Origin: Gammaproteobacteria bacterium
GTDB lineage: Bacteria > Pseudomonadota > Gammaproteobacteria > JBPCXB01
Assembly (NCBI GenBank): GCA_051008935.1
Contig: JBPCXB010000110.1
Coordinates: forward strand, 6,560 to 70,559
Direction: 5' to 3'
Length of the DNA stretch: 64,000 nucleotides
The notes under the pieces were generated by a model that ran no database searches, was not told the DNA's origin, and saw only the letters and a program-made list of their open reading frames with translations. The translations under genes were made by a program, and so were the position numbers. Of the stretch, positions 10,165 to 19,927 are shown piece by piece; within the stretch, counting starts at the first letter, position 1, and each line of letters starts with the position of its first letter.

Positions 10165-11187
10165 TCATTTGCTAATGGCGGATACCGTTTCCTGTAGCAG
10201 GCTATAGCTTTTGATGCGAGCCTGTATCGGCTCGCAGATGGTCACGACCATCAGTTCGTCGGCATCGCTCTTTTCAACCAGTTTTTGGAGTTTGCTACGA
10301 AGCTGTTCGGGCGTGCCGATCAGGGCGCGTTCATTCTCGGCGGCCGGTTTATTCTGTAAAGCTATGGCGGCTTCTTCGGTGGTGGCAAACTGGCCAAAAA
10401 GCCCGCGCTGTATTTGGTTGCGCCAGAGTGCCGCAGGCTGTGCAAGCTGCCGGGCTTCTGCTTCGGTTTCAGCACAGATGGCAAACACTGCCAGTATGAT
10501 TCTGCCGTCGTCGCTCGAATCTACGGGGCTGTGTTCTTGATTGTAATGTGCGCGCGCTTTTCGATATTCTTGAGCATAATCTGTGCACTCTGGATTGATG
10601 AAGTGGGCTAAAGCCAAGGGCAGCCCGAAATGAGCTGCATAAAGTGCCCCATCCTGACTCGATGCCAATTGCCAGATTTCAGGACGAGGCTGGCCGCTAT
10701 CCACGAGCTGGATACGCCGGAATGCTTCGGTAGTAGGTGCTTCGCCATTGATCCATGCGGTCAGATCGGCTACCTTGGTAGGGTAAAAATCTGCCCCAGT
10801 TGTTTTAGAACCGTAAGCGAGTGCGCCAGCTTGTAAGGGGTCGCCGCCCGGTGCGCGGCCTATACCGAGATCAATCCGATCTGGAAATAAAGTGGCCATG
10901 AGGCTGAAGCATTCAGCCACTTTCAGAGGGCTGTAGTGATTGAGCATAACGCCGCCGGAGCCTACACGGATTGTGTTTGTCCGTGCTGCCAAAGCAGGCA
11001 TCAGCACTTCGGGTGCATTGCCTGCAAAGCTTCGGGCTCCACTTCTGGAATTATGATGCTCTGCAACCCAATAGCGTTTCAGCCCGAGTTTTTCACAGGC
11101 GATTGCACATTCCAAGGTGTTTTGGAGCGCTTCGGCTGATGTTTGGTTGCTGAATACGGGGGATTGGTCTAAAGCGGACAGGTCCAT
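10165..11187 (-). CDS. LLM-class (luciferase-like) flavin-dependent oxidoreductase. Start taken at MDLSAL.
   Basis: MDLSAL...YWVAEHHNS...LGIGRAPGGD motifs typical of the luciferase-like monooxygenase family. Confidence 0.8.
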   Translation of the reverse strand: MDLSALDQSPVFSNQTSAEALQNTLECAIACEKLGLKRYWVAEHHNSRSGARSFAGNAPEVLMPALAARTNTIRVGSGGVMLNHYSPLKVAECFSLMATLFPDRIDLGIGRAPGGDPLQAGALAYGSKTTGADFYPTKVADLTAWINGEAPTTEAFRRIQLVDSGQPRPEIWQLASSQDGALYAAHFGLPLALAHFINPECTDYAQEYRKARAHYNQEHSPVDSSDDGRIILAVFAICAETEAEARQLAQPAALWRNQIQRGLFGQFATTEEAAIALQNKPAAENERALIGTPEQLRSKLQKLVEKSDADELMVVTICEPIQARIKSYSLLQETVSAISK

Positions 11188-11391
11188 TTGCAAGCTGCCA
11201 GTTGGCAGGCGGTAAGATTTTTGAATGCGCTTCATTATATGAGAGCCTAGTACAGGCGTATACCGATTGCGTGGGGGAGGCATCCATGCTTTATTAATGC
11301 GCATGAGCCCCTAGGTTGTTTCTGTGTAGGGTGATTGCCATTTGTTCTCTAGTGAAAGAGTGCCTGTGATAAAGTGTGATGCAGCAGTATA

Positions 11392-13119
11392 GTGCAGCGC
11401 AATATTTGTATCCTCGCATGGCCTGTTGCCATTTATCTCCCTGTTTCAAACTGGTTCTGGATTGATTTGAAAACAGATTGGCTCCAGATTACCCCGGGTG
11501 CGGCTGGCTTTTTGCCTGACCGATTGTCTCGGCCCTTGCGCCTTCAATCGGCGCGTAATATCCGCAAACTGGAATCTTTGGCTAACGCACAGCGTATCAG
11601 CAATTGGACGTTGATGCGTCGTGCAGGTCGGACTGCTTTTGATCTGCTGGGCATCCTGTGGCCCAAGGCCCGGCGACTAACCGTCATTACTGGATCGGGC
11701 AATAATGGTGGAGATGGTTGTGTGCTTGCAGCTTTGGCTGTGCAGGCGGGCTATTCCGTAAATCTGGTTCAATATCAAGGCCGCACCGAGCCATCGGAGC
11801 AGCTGCAGCAGGCTCAAGCCTTGCTCAATGAATGTTCGGCCGAGCATTTGACTCGAATAGAGGCGTCGGGCTGGCAAGCCGGTGAGGAGGAAGCAGATGT
11901 GGTTGTTGACGCGCTGTTTGGCACAGGTTTGGCCCGCACTTTAACCGAAGAAGCCAGTGCACTTTTACGTCAGATGAAGCAGGTGCGCGCTCCTGTGTTC
12001 GCATTGGATATCCCCTCTGGACTGCATGCGGATACGGGGGATTGTGCAGAAGAGATCGTTGAAGCAGAGAGGGTCGATATGGCGGTCAAAGCCGATGCGA
12101 CTCTCACATTTATCGCCCCTAAGCTCGGTCTTTTTACGGGTAAGGGCAGGCACTTCAGCGGTGCAATCTTTGTGACAGATCTGGGTTTGATACAGCAGGA
12201 TTTAGACGCGTCAGAGTTACCGGATAAAGGAGTCGAAACGCTGTGCACGCGCTTTCTGAGTTCTCATATCCCCCAAGTTCCGGCTTATGCTCACAAAGCC
12301 AGTAAGGGACGTGTGCTGGTATTAGGGGGGAGCCCGGGTATGGGCGGGGCCGCTATACTAGCCGCAGAAGCAGCTTTGGTGTCTGGATCTGGTTTGGTGA
12401 CAGCTGCCATAGCCGATGGAACGACCTTGACGGCTCTGTTAGCCCGCCGCCCTGAAGTGATGGGGCATGTCATCCAGCGCCGCTCTGATCTTGAAGCGTT
12501 GTTGTCAAATGTGGATGCAGTTGTTGTAGGCCCAGGTTTGGCTGCGGATGAAACAGGCGCTGATAGGCTGGAACAAGTGCTGCATTGGGCAAATGCCTCT
12601 TCAGCGGGTTCAGCCCGCTTGGTGCTGGATGCAGGTGCTCTGCGTCTTCTGGCTTCCAGTAACCCGGCTCTGAAGATTCCCGCAGATACCGTCTTGACTC
12701 CTCACCCCGGTGAAGCTGCGCAACTCTTGGCATGTTCCACTGCACAGATCCAACAGGATCGGCAACGCAGTGCTGTAGCTCTAGCACAAAAATGGCAGGC
12801 GACGGTAATATTAAAAGGTTCGGGGACAATAGTGGCAGATTCTCGGGGTCAACTGGATCTGTGTCCTTCTGGTAGTATTGCATTGGCGACCGCAGGAACT
12901 GGAGATGTACTCACAGGCCTAGTAGGTTCGCTCCTAGCTATGGGAATGGAGGTGAATGCTGCAGCTGCCTTGGCGACAGCCATGCATGCAGAAGCAGGCG
13001 ATCGGGTAGCCGCATTGGGTACGGTAACGGCATCAAGCTTGATCAGTAGCATATCTGAATTATTCATGGTCTTGCAGACAGCTAATACGCGATCATTACC
13101 ATTGGGCTCATTGAGGTAA
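11392..13119 (+). CDS. nnr: Bifunctional NAD(P)H-hydrate epimerase/dehydratase Nnr (YjeF N- and C-terminal domains). The 5' end is uncertain: the listed start is GTG, and the true start is probably about 100-150 nt downstream.
   Basis: YjeF-N: LMRRAGRTAF...ITGSGNNGGDGCVLAA. YjeF-C: KGRVLVLGGSPGMGGAAILAAEAAL...GTGDVLTG. Synteny nnr-tsaE-amiB-mutL. Confidence 0.85.
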   Translation: MQRNICILAWPVAIYLPVSNWFWIDLKTDWLQITPGAAGFLPDRLSRPLRLQSARNIRKLESLANAQRISNWTLMRRAGRTAFDLLGILWPKARRLTVITGSGNNGGDGCVLAALAVQAGYSVNLVQYQGRTEPSEQLQQAQALLNECSAEHLTRIEASGWQAGEEEADVVVDALFGTGLARTLTEEASALLRQMKQVRAPVFALDIPSGLHADTGDCAEEIVEAERVDMAVKADATLTFIAPKLGLFTGKGRHFSGAIFVTDLGLIQQDLDASELPDKGVETLCTRFLSSHIPQVPAYAHKASKGRVLVLGGSPGMGGAAILAAEAALVSGSGLVTAAIADGTTLTALLARRPEVMGHVIQRRSDLEALLSNVDAVVVGPGLAADETGADRLEQVLHWANASSAGSARLVLDAGALRLLASSNPALKIPADTVLTPHPGEAAQLLACSTAQIQQDRQRSAVALAQKWQATVILKGSGTIVADSRGQLDLCPSGSIALATAGTGDVLTGLVGSLLAMGMEVNAAAALATAMHAEAGDRVAALGTVTASSLISSISELFMVLQTANTRSLPLGSLR

Positions 13120-13135
13120 GCAAAGATTGGTGCTG

Positions 13136-13645
13136 ATGAAGCCTTCCGAACAGCCTCAATGGCACCTGCTTGAAACAGAGCAGGAAACAGGTGTTTTTGC
13201 GGCAGATGTCGCTCGGCGGTTGCTGTCACACATCAAGCAGCAACTGCCCCAAGAGGCTTGGGTGCTGGGCCTGAAGGGCGGCTTGGGTAGTGGTAAGACC
13301 ACTTGGATGCGCTATATGCTACGCACTTTAGGCCATCAGGGCCCAGTGCCGAGCCCCAGTTATACTCTGGCTGAATACTATCAATTGCAGGATTTGCATT
13401 GTTGGCATTTGGATCTTTACCGCTTGCAGCAGGAATCCGAAGTGGCCGCTTTAGGTTTGGATGAGATGCTTTCTATAGGCGGGGTTAGCCAGCCGGTGGT
13501 GTTAGTGGTTGAATGGCCAGAGAAAGGAGGAACGGCATTGCCTGATATCGATCTCGCAATCGAGTTCAAGCACCGGAGTGCAGATGCGCGATGCTACAGT
13601 CTGGAGGCTTACTCTCAGCGTGGTCGGAAGCTGGTGAGCATCTGA
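13136..13645 (+). CDS. tsaE: tRNA threonylcarbamoyladenosine biosynthesis ATPase TsaE
   Basis: P-loop GLKGGLGSGKTT, PSPSYTL, HLDLYRL. Confidence 0.85.
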   Translation: MKPSEQPQWHLLETEQETGVFAADVARRLLSHIKQQLPQEAWVLGLKGGLGSGKTTWMRYMLRTLGHQGPVPSPSYTLAEYYQLQDLHCWHLDLYRLQQESEVAALGLDEMLSIGGVSQPVVLVVEWPEKGGTALPDIDLAIEFKHRSADARCYSLEAYSQRGRKLVSI

Positions 13646-13646
13646 G

Positions 13647-14987
13647 ATGAGGTTGCTGTTAATTGCGGGGCTGTTGTTGGCCAATGCCTGGGCTTCTACC
13701 CCGGTTGCAGGGCAAGTTCCTGTTGAAATCGAACTGCAGGAGTTGATGCTTTATGAGGTAGATCAAGGCGTACGGCTGGAAATCAAACTCGAGCAGCCTG
13801 TGCAGGCTTCGCACTTTGCGTTGAAGCTTCCCGATCGCATAGTGATCGATCTGCCTCAGGTTGTGCGCAAGAAACTTGTCAAGCTGGATATCCCTTATCC
13901 CGCTCAGAAGTGGATTCGCGGCTTGCGCTTAGGCACCCACAAAAAGCATCTGCGGCTGGTTCTCGATTTAACGAAGCCTGTAGATTACAGCTTCAATGCC
14001 GACGGCGCCAGTTGGTATTTGGATATAGATTTACCCAGAGCGCAAACGGAGCAAGGTTTACAGGATACGGCAAACTCAGGTCCTGCAAAGCGTGATCTGG
14101 TGGTATTGATCGATGCCGGGCATGGCGGTAAAGACCCAGGCGCAATCAGTCGCCGAGGGTTGCAGGAAAAAGAAGTAGCACTGCAGATTGCCGCTCATTT
14201 ATACCACTTACTGTTACCTTTAGAGGGGTTTCAGCCCCATATGACCCGTAGCCAAGACTATTATCTGAAGTTGCGCGAACGGCGTGAGCATGCCCAGAAA
14301 ATCAAGGCAGATGTATTTATTTCAGTGCATGCAGATTCAGCGCGCAGTTCTAGAGCACGTGGCGGTTCTGTCTACACTCTGTCACTGGCAGGCGCATCGA
14401 GTGAGGCAGCACGCCAGTTGGCAAAGCGCGAAAATGAAGCAGACAATGAAGTATTGAAAGTGGGAGAGATTGCTTTGGAAGGCGATAAGTCTTTCGACAC
14501 CACTATCGTTGATCTGGCTCAGAGCTCTACCATTGAGCGTAGCCAGTATCTAGCCAAAGCGATCATTAATCAGCTGCGCCAAGTCTCTTATGTGCGTTCG
14601 CTCACTCCAGGAAGGGCTAATTTTGCAGTTTTACGCATGCCATACATTCCTTCGGTTTTGGTAGAGGCTGGTTATCTGAGCAACAACAAGGATGCCGCTT
14701 CTTTAAGTAATGTACGTTTTCGACGCAGGATTGCTCGCGCTATATTGGGAGGCTTGCATCATTATGTGCACAGCAATCCTTATCCAGGTACTATTCGTAG
14801 CCAATCTTCGCGTTTTTTGACTTATAGGGTCAAACAGGGTGACCAATTGTTGCGTATCGCTACTGACTACGGTGTCACGCAATCCTCGATCATGAAGAGC
14901 AACGGTATCCCGCAGGATGCCGAAAATGATTTACAGCCGGGTCAGTTGTTGCGTATTCCCGTTCGCCCTGACCGCGTTAGGAAGTAA
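13647..14987 (+). CDS. amiB: N-acetylmuramoyl-L-alanine amidase (AMIN domain + Amidase_3 + C-terminal LysM)
   Basis: Signal peptide. LVVLIDAGHGGKDPGAI and SVHADS amidase motifs. LysM YRVKQGDQLLRIATDYGV. Locus position upstream of mutL. Confidence 0.8.
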   Translation: MRLLLIAGLLLANAWASTPVAGQVPVEIELQELMLYEVDQGVRLEIKLEQPVQASHFALKLPDRIVIDLPQVVRKKLVKLDIPYPAQKWIRGLRLGTHKKHLRLVLDLTKPVDYSFNADGASWYLDIDLPRAQTEQGLQDTANSGPAKRDLVVLIDAGHGGKDPGAISRRGLQEKEVALQIAAHLYHLLLPLEGFQPHMTRSQDYYLKLRERREHAQKIKADVFISVHADSARSSRARGGSVYTLSLAGASSEAARQLAKRENEADNEVLKVGEIALEGDKSFDTTIVDLAQSSTIERSQYLAKAIINQLRQVSYVRSLTPGRANFAVLRMPYIPSVLVEAGYLSNNKDAASLSNVRFRRRIARAILGGLHHYVHSNPYPGTIRSQSSRFLTYRVKQGDQLLRIATDYGVTQSSIMKSNGIPQDAENDLQPGQLLRIPVRPDRVRK

Positions 14988-14989
14988 CC

Positions 14990-16942
14990 ATGGTCCGGCG
15001 TGTGCAATCTATGCCGCAGGCTGTTGCGGAAGCCGTTGCGGCCGGTGAGGTCATTACCAGACCTGCCGCTGTCATCAAAGAGTTGATTGAAAACAGTGCG
15101 GATGCCGGTTGCCGTAGTATCAAAATAGAGGCCGTAGACGGGGGGCGGCAGTGGCTACGGGTCAGTGATGATGGCACGGGTATTCACAGTGGCGATCTGT
15201 CGCTTTGTATGCAGTCACACACCACCAGCAAGCTCAGTAGACTCGACGAGCTGCAGCGTATCTGTACCTATGGCTTCCGTGGCGAAGCGCTTGCGGCTAT
15301 TCGCGCGGTCTCCAACATCAAAATTTCTACCCGTACCCTGTCGAGCACTCCGCATGGTATAGAAGCCAGAGCCGATCAGATACGCCAGATTCGTGCTCTG
15401 GATGAATGGGGGCATTCTGAAACCGGTACCGTCATACAGGTTGAAGATCTGTTCTTTAATGTGCCCGCTCGGCGTAAGTTTATGCAGTCCGCTGCAACCG
15501 AGAGCCGCCATATTCGTCGGGTTTGCCAACAGTTTGCCTTGGCGCGCCCTGACTTAGGGTTGTCTTTGCTGCTCGATCACAAGATGGTATTGAATCTCCA
15601 GAGCACTGCAAACCGAACGGAAATTCCCCAACGGCTGATCGGATTGATCGGCTCTGATTGGCAGGATCAATTGATACCCCTACAGGCACAGTCCGGAGGC
15701 ATTGAACTCTATGGCTGGTTGGGTAACCCGGATAGGCTCCAGACGCAGCCGTTGCACCAATATTTTTTTATCAATGACCGCCCGATCTCTGATAAGACTA
15801 TTTCAGGTGCAATTCGTTCCTGTTTGGGCTCTGTAGTAGGGCGTAGAGCGCATCCGGTTATAGCTTTATGGTTGTCTATGGATCCTTCACAGGTGGACGT
15901 CAATGTGCATCCTGCCAAGGAAGAAGTGCGCTTTCTATACGCACAAGCAGTGTATGGTATTGTGCGCGCAAGCCTAGAGTCTGCTCTGGCAAGATATGTA
16001 CCAGAGCGGGAATTGAGTGTCCAGCGGGTGAAAAAGCCCAGTGGAGAGACTGCAGCCGTTGTACAGCCTAGGCAGCCGGGCTCAACAGGCGCAAAAAGTC
16101 TTGATTTTTGGGCCAATGCCGGCAAGGAAGCGGATCGATACCCAGCATCGACTGCCATACGTGACGTTATGCGGCAACAGCCCCCCCGATCAGACAGAGC
16201 AGATATTCAAATCGGTGACAGTATTAGCGATCAACCAGCGTCATCCGATTATTTAGAGCTTCTGGATGCTGGTGCCGCTACTGAGAGCCATGGAGAAGCC
16301 TTTAGCCATGGAGAAGCCTTTAGCCAGGAAGCCCTTAGCCAGACAAACGCCCTGCCGCCTTTTACCCTTGGTCATCCGCTGGCGCATTTGGCCGGCGTTT
16401 TTATACTGGCTCAGAATGCCCAAGGACTTGTAATCGTGGATGCGCATGCTGCTCATGAACGTTGTTTGTATGAACAGGTCAGAGCGGAGCTGGATTTGGG
16501 CCAGCTGACGATACAACCTTTACTCATACCCGTGCGCATGAAGCTGGGCGCTGACTTACTCGATGTAGCTGCCGAGCAGGCCCAAGCAATAGGTCGTTTG
16601 GGTTTGGATATCTCTGTGAATGAGGCTAGAGAGTTGGAAGTGCGTGCCGTACCGACTCTGTTGTCGAAGCTAGACCCCACGGATTTAGTAACGACTTTGC
16701 TGATGGATATGGCTCAGGATGCACCGTCGGATGTGTTTGCCGAATCCTTGGCTCATGTATTGGGCAATCTGTGCTGTAAAGCAGCCACCAAGGCGGGCAC
16801 AGAATTGACCCCGAGTGCCATGGAGGCTCTGCTAAGGGCGATGGAGCGCCTGCCGCACACTTCGTATTGCAACCATGGACGCCCCAGTTGGTATGTATTG
16901 CCTCTAGGTGAGTTGGATAAATTGTGCCACAGAGGCCGCTGA
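14990..16942 (+). CDS. mutL: DNA mismatch repair endonuclease MutL. An alternative start is ATG 15011.
   Basis: AAGEVITRPAAVIKELIENSADAG N-terminal GHKL ATPase. C-terminal dimerisation/endonuclease region. Confidence 0.9.
   Translation: MVRRVQSMPQAVAEAVAAGEVITRPAAVIKELIENSADAGCRSIKIEAVDGGRQWLRVSDDGTGIHSGDLSLCMQSHTTSKLSRLDELQRICTYGFRGEALAAIRAVSNIKISTRTLSSTPHGIEARADQIRQIRALDEWGHSETGTVIQVEDLFFNVPARRKFMQSAATESRHIRRVCQQFALARPDLGLSLLLDHKMVLNLQSTANRTEIPQRLIGLIGSDWQDQLIPLQAQSGGIELYGWLGNPDRLQTQPLHQYFFINDRPISDKTISGAIRSCLGSVVGRRAHPVIALWLSMDPSQVDVNVHPAKEEVRFLYAQAVYGIVRASLESALARYVPERELSVQRVKKPSGETAAVVQPRQPGSTGAKSLDFWANAGKEADRYPASTAIRDVMRQQPPRSDRADIQIGDSISDQPASSDYLELLDAGAATESHGEAFSHGEAFSQEALSQTNALPPFTLGHPLAHLAGVFILAQNAQGLVIVDAHAAHERCLYEQVRAELDLGQLTIQPLLIPVRMKLGADLLDVAAEQAQAIGRLGLDISVNEARELEVRAVPTLLSKLDPTDLVTTLLMDMAQDAPSDVFAESLAHVLGNLCCKAATKAGTELTPSAMEALLRAMERLPHTSYCNHGRPSWYVLPLGELDKLCHRGR
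16288..16341 (+). repeat. In-frame 18-bp tandem repeat inside the mutL linker (CCATGGAGAAGCCTTTAG x2, plus a degenerate third copy)
   Basis: Protein ...ESHGEAFSHGEAFSQEALSQ.... DNA read directly. Confidence 0.8.
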
Positions 16943-17016
16943 GGGTAAAATTCCCTATCTGACTCGGCTGCCCGGAAATCTATCAGACAGTTTTCTGTTC
17001 GGCGCCTTCACTCCAG

Positions 17017-18066
17017 ATGCCTGATTCTGTGCATTCAATACCGATAACTCACAACCGTAGTACTCCTCGTACTCCCAGTAGTCACAAAGGCTTAATGTCG
17101 GCTGAATTCAGTTACTGGGTACTTACATTAGCAGCCTTTTGCGGTCTGATAGCAATGATCGTGTATATTGCCGACAAGCATCAACGCTTGAATTTTTTGG
17201 AGATCCCGTGGGATCTTGTCGTGCCTCCTACTGTGAATGTGGCTGAGTTGCTAGAAGCTTCGGAACAGCATTTGAGATACATTGGGCAGTTAGAGGAAGC
17301 CATCAATGAGCATCTCCTCTACTATCTGACACAGTCTGAGCAAGACGATAAGTTTGCCCAGCAGTGGCAGTGGCCTGCAGGGGTGGATGAATTATTTCTG
17401 GTAGGAAACGACAGTTTTATCGGTTGGGCACAGACTGTTCGTTTTTCTGCTTTGGCGAGTGGCAAACTAGAGTTACTAATTCCTATTCCTGAGCAACGGA
17501 TCAGGGAATTGGTATACAGACAATTGATCGATCAGAATCGGGAAGCTTATTACTTTGAAGACGCCCGACAGGATGCAGGTGTTCGCATCTTAATACTTCC
17601 AGAGCTGTATCTGATTAATCTGGCGGTTACAGGCACTCTCTCTGTGGTCAATCGTTGGATTCAGGAGCTACCCTCCGTAGCAAGGCGGGGTTCAGGGGGC
17701 TATCAGACGCGCCAAGCGCGTGTCCAAGCAAGGTTGTGTCGGCCGCTTGGGCAGAAATGGGCGCAATACCCTTCTCTGAGGCAGTTTGGATACAGCCCGC
17801 GTTTATATCGTGAGCAATTGATAGCCAAGATGGGTGAAGAGGAGGGGGCTCAGTACTTTAAATATTGCTTAACTACTGCGGCTCGACGCCGATTCGAAAT
17901 TGAAAACAAGCTGGCTTTGGGAGAGGAATTAACGGAAGTTCAGTTGACGCTTGAGGGGTTGGAGCAGCGCATAGGGGAGATTCAGGATCAAGCCAAGTCT
18001 GAAGAGTATATGGAACAGCTAGAGCGAATCAAAATGCGTTTGCAGTTTATTACGGTTTTGTCCTGA
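17017..18066 (+). CDS. Hypothetical single-pass membrane protein with a C-terminal coiled coil
   Basis: One TM (YWVLTLAAFCGLIAMIVYIA). Heptad-rich C-terminus. No recognisable catalytic motif. Confidence 0.4.
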   Translation: MPDSVHSIPITHNRSTPRTPSSHKGLMSAEFSYWVLTLAAFCGLIAMIVYIADKHQRLNFLEIPWDLVVPPTVNVAELLEASEQHLRYIGQLEEAINEHLLYYLTQSEQDDKFAQQWQWPAGVDELFLVGNDSFIGWAQTVRFSALASGKLELLIPIPEQRIRELVYRQLIDQNREAYYFEDARQDAGVRILILPELYLINLAVTGTLSVVNRWIQELPSVARRGSGGYQTRQARVQARLCRPLGQKWAQYPSLRQFGYSPRLYREQLIAKMGEEEGAQYFKYCLTTAARRRFEIENKLALGEELTEVQLTLEGLEQRIGEIQDQAKSEEYMEQLERIKMRLQFITVLS

Positions 18067-18139
18067 ATGAGATCAGATTGAGCTTTGGTTGCAAAGATAG
18101 CATCCTTGCTCTAGACTGTTAGTTCTATTTGGTAGGCAC

Positions 18140-19426
18140 ATGAACACGGGTCGCACATCAATACATAGAGGCGCATTGCTGGTAGCAGCATTGGCTTGCA
18201 TGGCGTTATTACAGCCTGTGGCTGCTGTTGTTTTATATCCGGGTCTGGATGTAGACGGGAGGATACAGCAGGCACTTAAGCAGTTGCGCCCGGGCGAAAA
18301 AATCAGCCTGTCCGCTGGTGTTTTTCGCTTCCATCAAAGCTTGACTCTGGATATCGAAGGGTTGGTTTTTCAGGGTGCTGGCCGCGACCAGACCATTTTG
18401 TTGTTTGAGCAGGCGGGTGAAGGCGGCGGCATTCTGGTGCGGTCCAGTGCCGTGCGGTTGTCTGGTTTCTCGGTGCAGAAAACGCAAGGCCCAGCATTGC
18501 ACTTAGAGGGGTGCACGGATATTATCATCAGTGATGTCCGGTTGGAATGGCCAGACAGGCAGTGGCGCATTAATTCCTATCTGGATGAGCCGGTACTGCA
18601 CCACATGCACGATGCGCTGAAGATCAGTAACAGTCAGGATATCCTGATTGAATCGGTCAGGAGCCTTGGCGCTTTGGGCTCTGGGATTTCAGTTACAGAA
18701 TCTGCTCGAGTACTCATTCGCAACAGCGAAGCACGAGAGAGCGCCGTAGGCATCTATGTGATGGATAGTAGCCAGATTGAATTGGATTCCAATCAGGTGG
18801 AATCCAATGGTATCGGGATTTTTATCGACGGCAGTCAAGCTACACGGGGCACCAAGCATGTGCGGATAGTCAAAAACCAGGTGAGCAACAACAATAATTT
18901 CAATTTTGCCATAGAAGATTATTGGCGTTATGTTGAGCCTTTGGGCACGGGCTTAGTGATTGTAGGTGGCAAAGATATAGAGGTTTCTGCCAATAGTATC
19001 AGCTACCACGGCACGGCCAATCTATTGATCAGCGCGCATGATTCTATGCTTTTTCCGGATCGCGTGTACATTCATAACAACGCATTCTCCCATTCAGGTT
19101 ATGCGCCTGATTTTGCTCGGGCAGGTTATCTGTTAATTGCAGGTTCTGGCAAATTAGCCAGTATTGTTTGGGATGGAAACGTGCCTTGGCAGGAGATGCT
19201 AGGCTTCGAACCCAGAACTGGGCGCGTAGTTCTGGGCATTAATGCGGGTGCAGATTTCGTCGATTTGGATCTGCCTTGGTATGATTCCATGCCCGCTTTG
19301 CATAGACCCAAGAGAGATTATCGGAATTACTCAGGTTCGTTGCGACCTTTACCTGCTGTGCGTTTCATCAGCAGTAATGTGGCGGCTTTTAATCGAGAAA
19401 CACAGGATCAGTCTTTACAGGAGTAA
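18140..19426 (+). CDS. Secreted right-handed parallel beta-helix repeat protein (pectate-lyase fold, possible glycan hydrolase or lyase)
   Basis: Signal peptide. Consecutive PbH1-like turns (ISNSQDILIESVRS / GISVTESARVLIRNSEA / GIYVMDSSQIELDSNQVE / GIGIFIDGS). Confidence 0.6.
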   Translation: MNTGRTSIHRGALLVAALACMALLQPVAAVVLYPGLDVDGRIQQALKQLRPGEKISLSAGVFRFHQSLTLDIEGLVFQGAGRDQTILLFEQAGEGGGILVRSSAVRLSGFSVQKTQGPALHLEGCTDIIISDVRLEWPDRQWRINSYLDEPVLHHMHDALKISNSQDILIESVRSLGALGSGISVTESARVLIRNSEARESAVGIYVMDSSQIELDSNQVESNGIGIFIDGSQATRGTKHVRIVKNQVSNNNNFNFAIEDYWRYVEPLGTGLVIVGGKDIEVSANSISYHGTANLLISAHDSMLFPDRVYIHNNAFSHSGYAPDFARAGYLLIAGSGKLASIVWDGNVPWQEMLGFEPRTGRVVLGINAGADFVDLDLPWYDSMPALHRPKRDYRNYSGSLRPLPAVRFISSNVAAFNRETQDQSLQE

Positions 19427-19431
19427 CTGGT

Positions 19432-19454
19432 AATTGCGATTCATTCACAATTGC
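19432..19454 (+). promoter_or_regulatory. Putative Fur box upstream of feoA (imperfect palindrome AATTGCGATTCATTCACAATTGC)
   Basis: AT-rich imperfect dyad of the nATwAT type, 80 bp upstream of feoA. Typical context for Fur-regulated feoAB. Confidence 0.3.
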
Positions 19455-19535
19455 TTATAATATGTACTTGCTAATTTAGGCAGCGTAGCTTCCGTATGCT
19501 CTGTCTCTTCTTGTTTAAGCCACTGTGTCACGATT

Positions 19536-19874
19536 ATGAATCCTTCAAAGCGCCTCGCTCAGATTGCAAATGTAGAGCCTGATCATTCCGAATCGGCTGT
19601 TTTAGAAGAACAGGCGCAGGTCTCCAACGATCTCAACATCAGAAGCTTGGATCAGATGGAGCTGGACGTTCCTGCCCGTATTACCTCTGTTGGTGTAGCA
19701 GGCAAGGACCATGATTTTTTGGATGAGCTGGGCATTCATGCGGGAAACAGTGTGCGTGTCTTTAAGCGCGCTCCTATTTTTCAGGACCCCATAGCGGTTT
19801 ATGTAGGAAGTCGTTTGGTTTCAGTCAGGCGCCATGTGGCTCGCAGAGTGCAGGTGCAGATTATCGACAATTAA
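19536..19874 (+). CDS. feoA: FeoA-family ferrous iron transport protein (N-terminally extended)
   Basis: SH3-like FeoA motif ARITSVGVAGKDHDFLDELGIHAGNSVRVFKRAPIFQDPIAVYVG. Directly upstream of feoB. Confidence 0.7.
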   Translation: MNPSKRLAQIANVEPDHSESAVLEEQAQVSNDLNIRSLDQMELDVPARITSVGVAGKDHDFLDELGIHAGNSVRVFKRAPIFQDPIAVYVGSRLVSVRRHVARRVQVQIIDN

Positions 19875-19927
19875 AAATACCAAGGTTTGGGCGCCTTTTT
19901 CTCTGACCATTAATAGGCGAACTTGGT

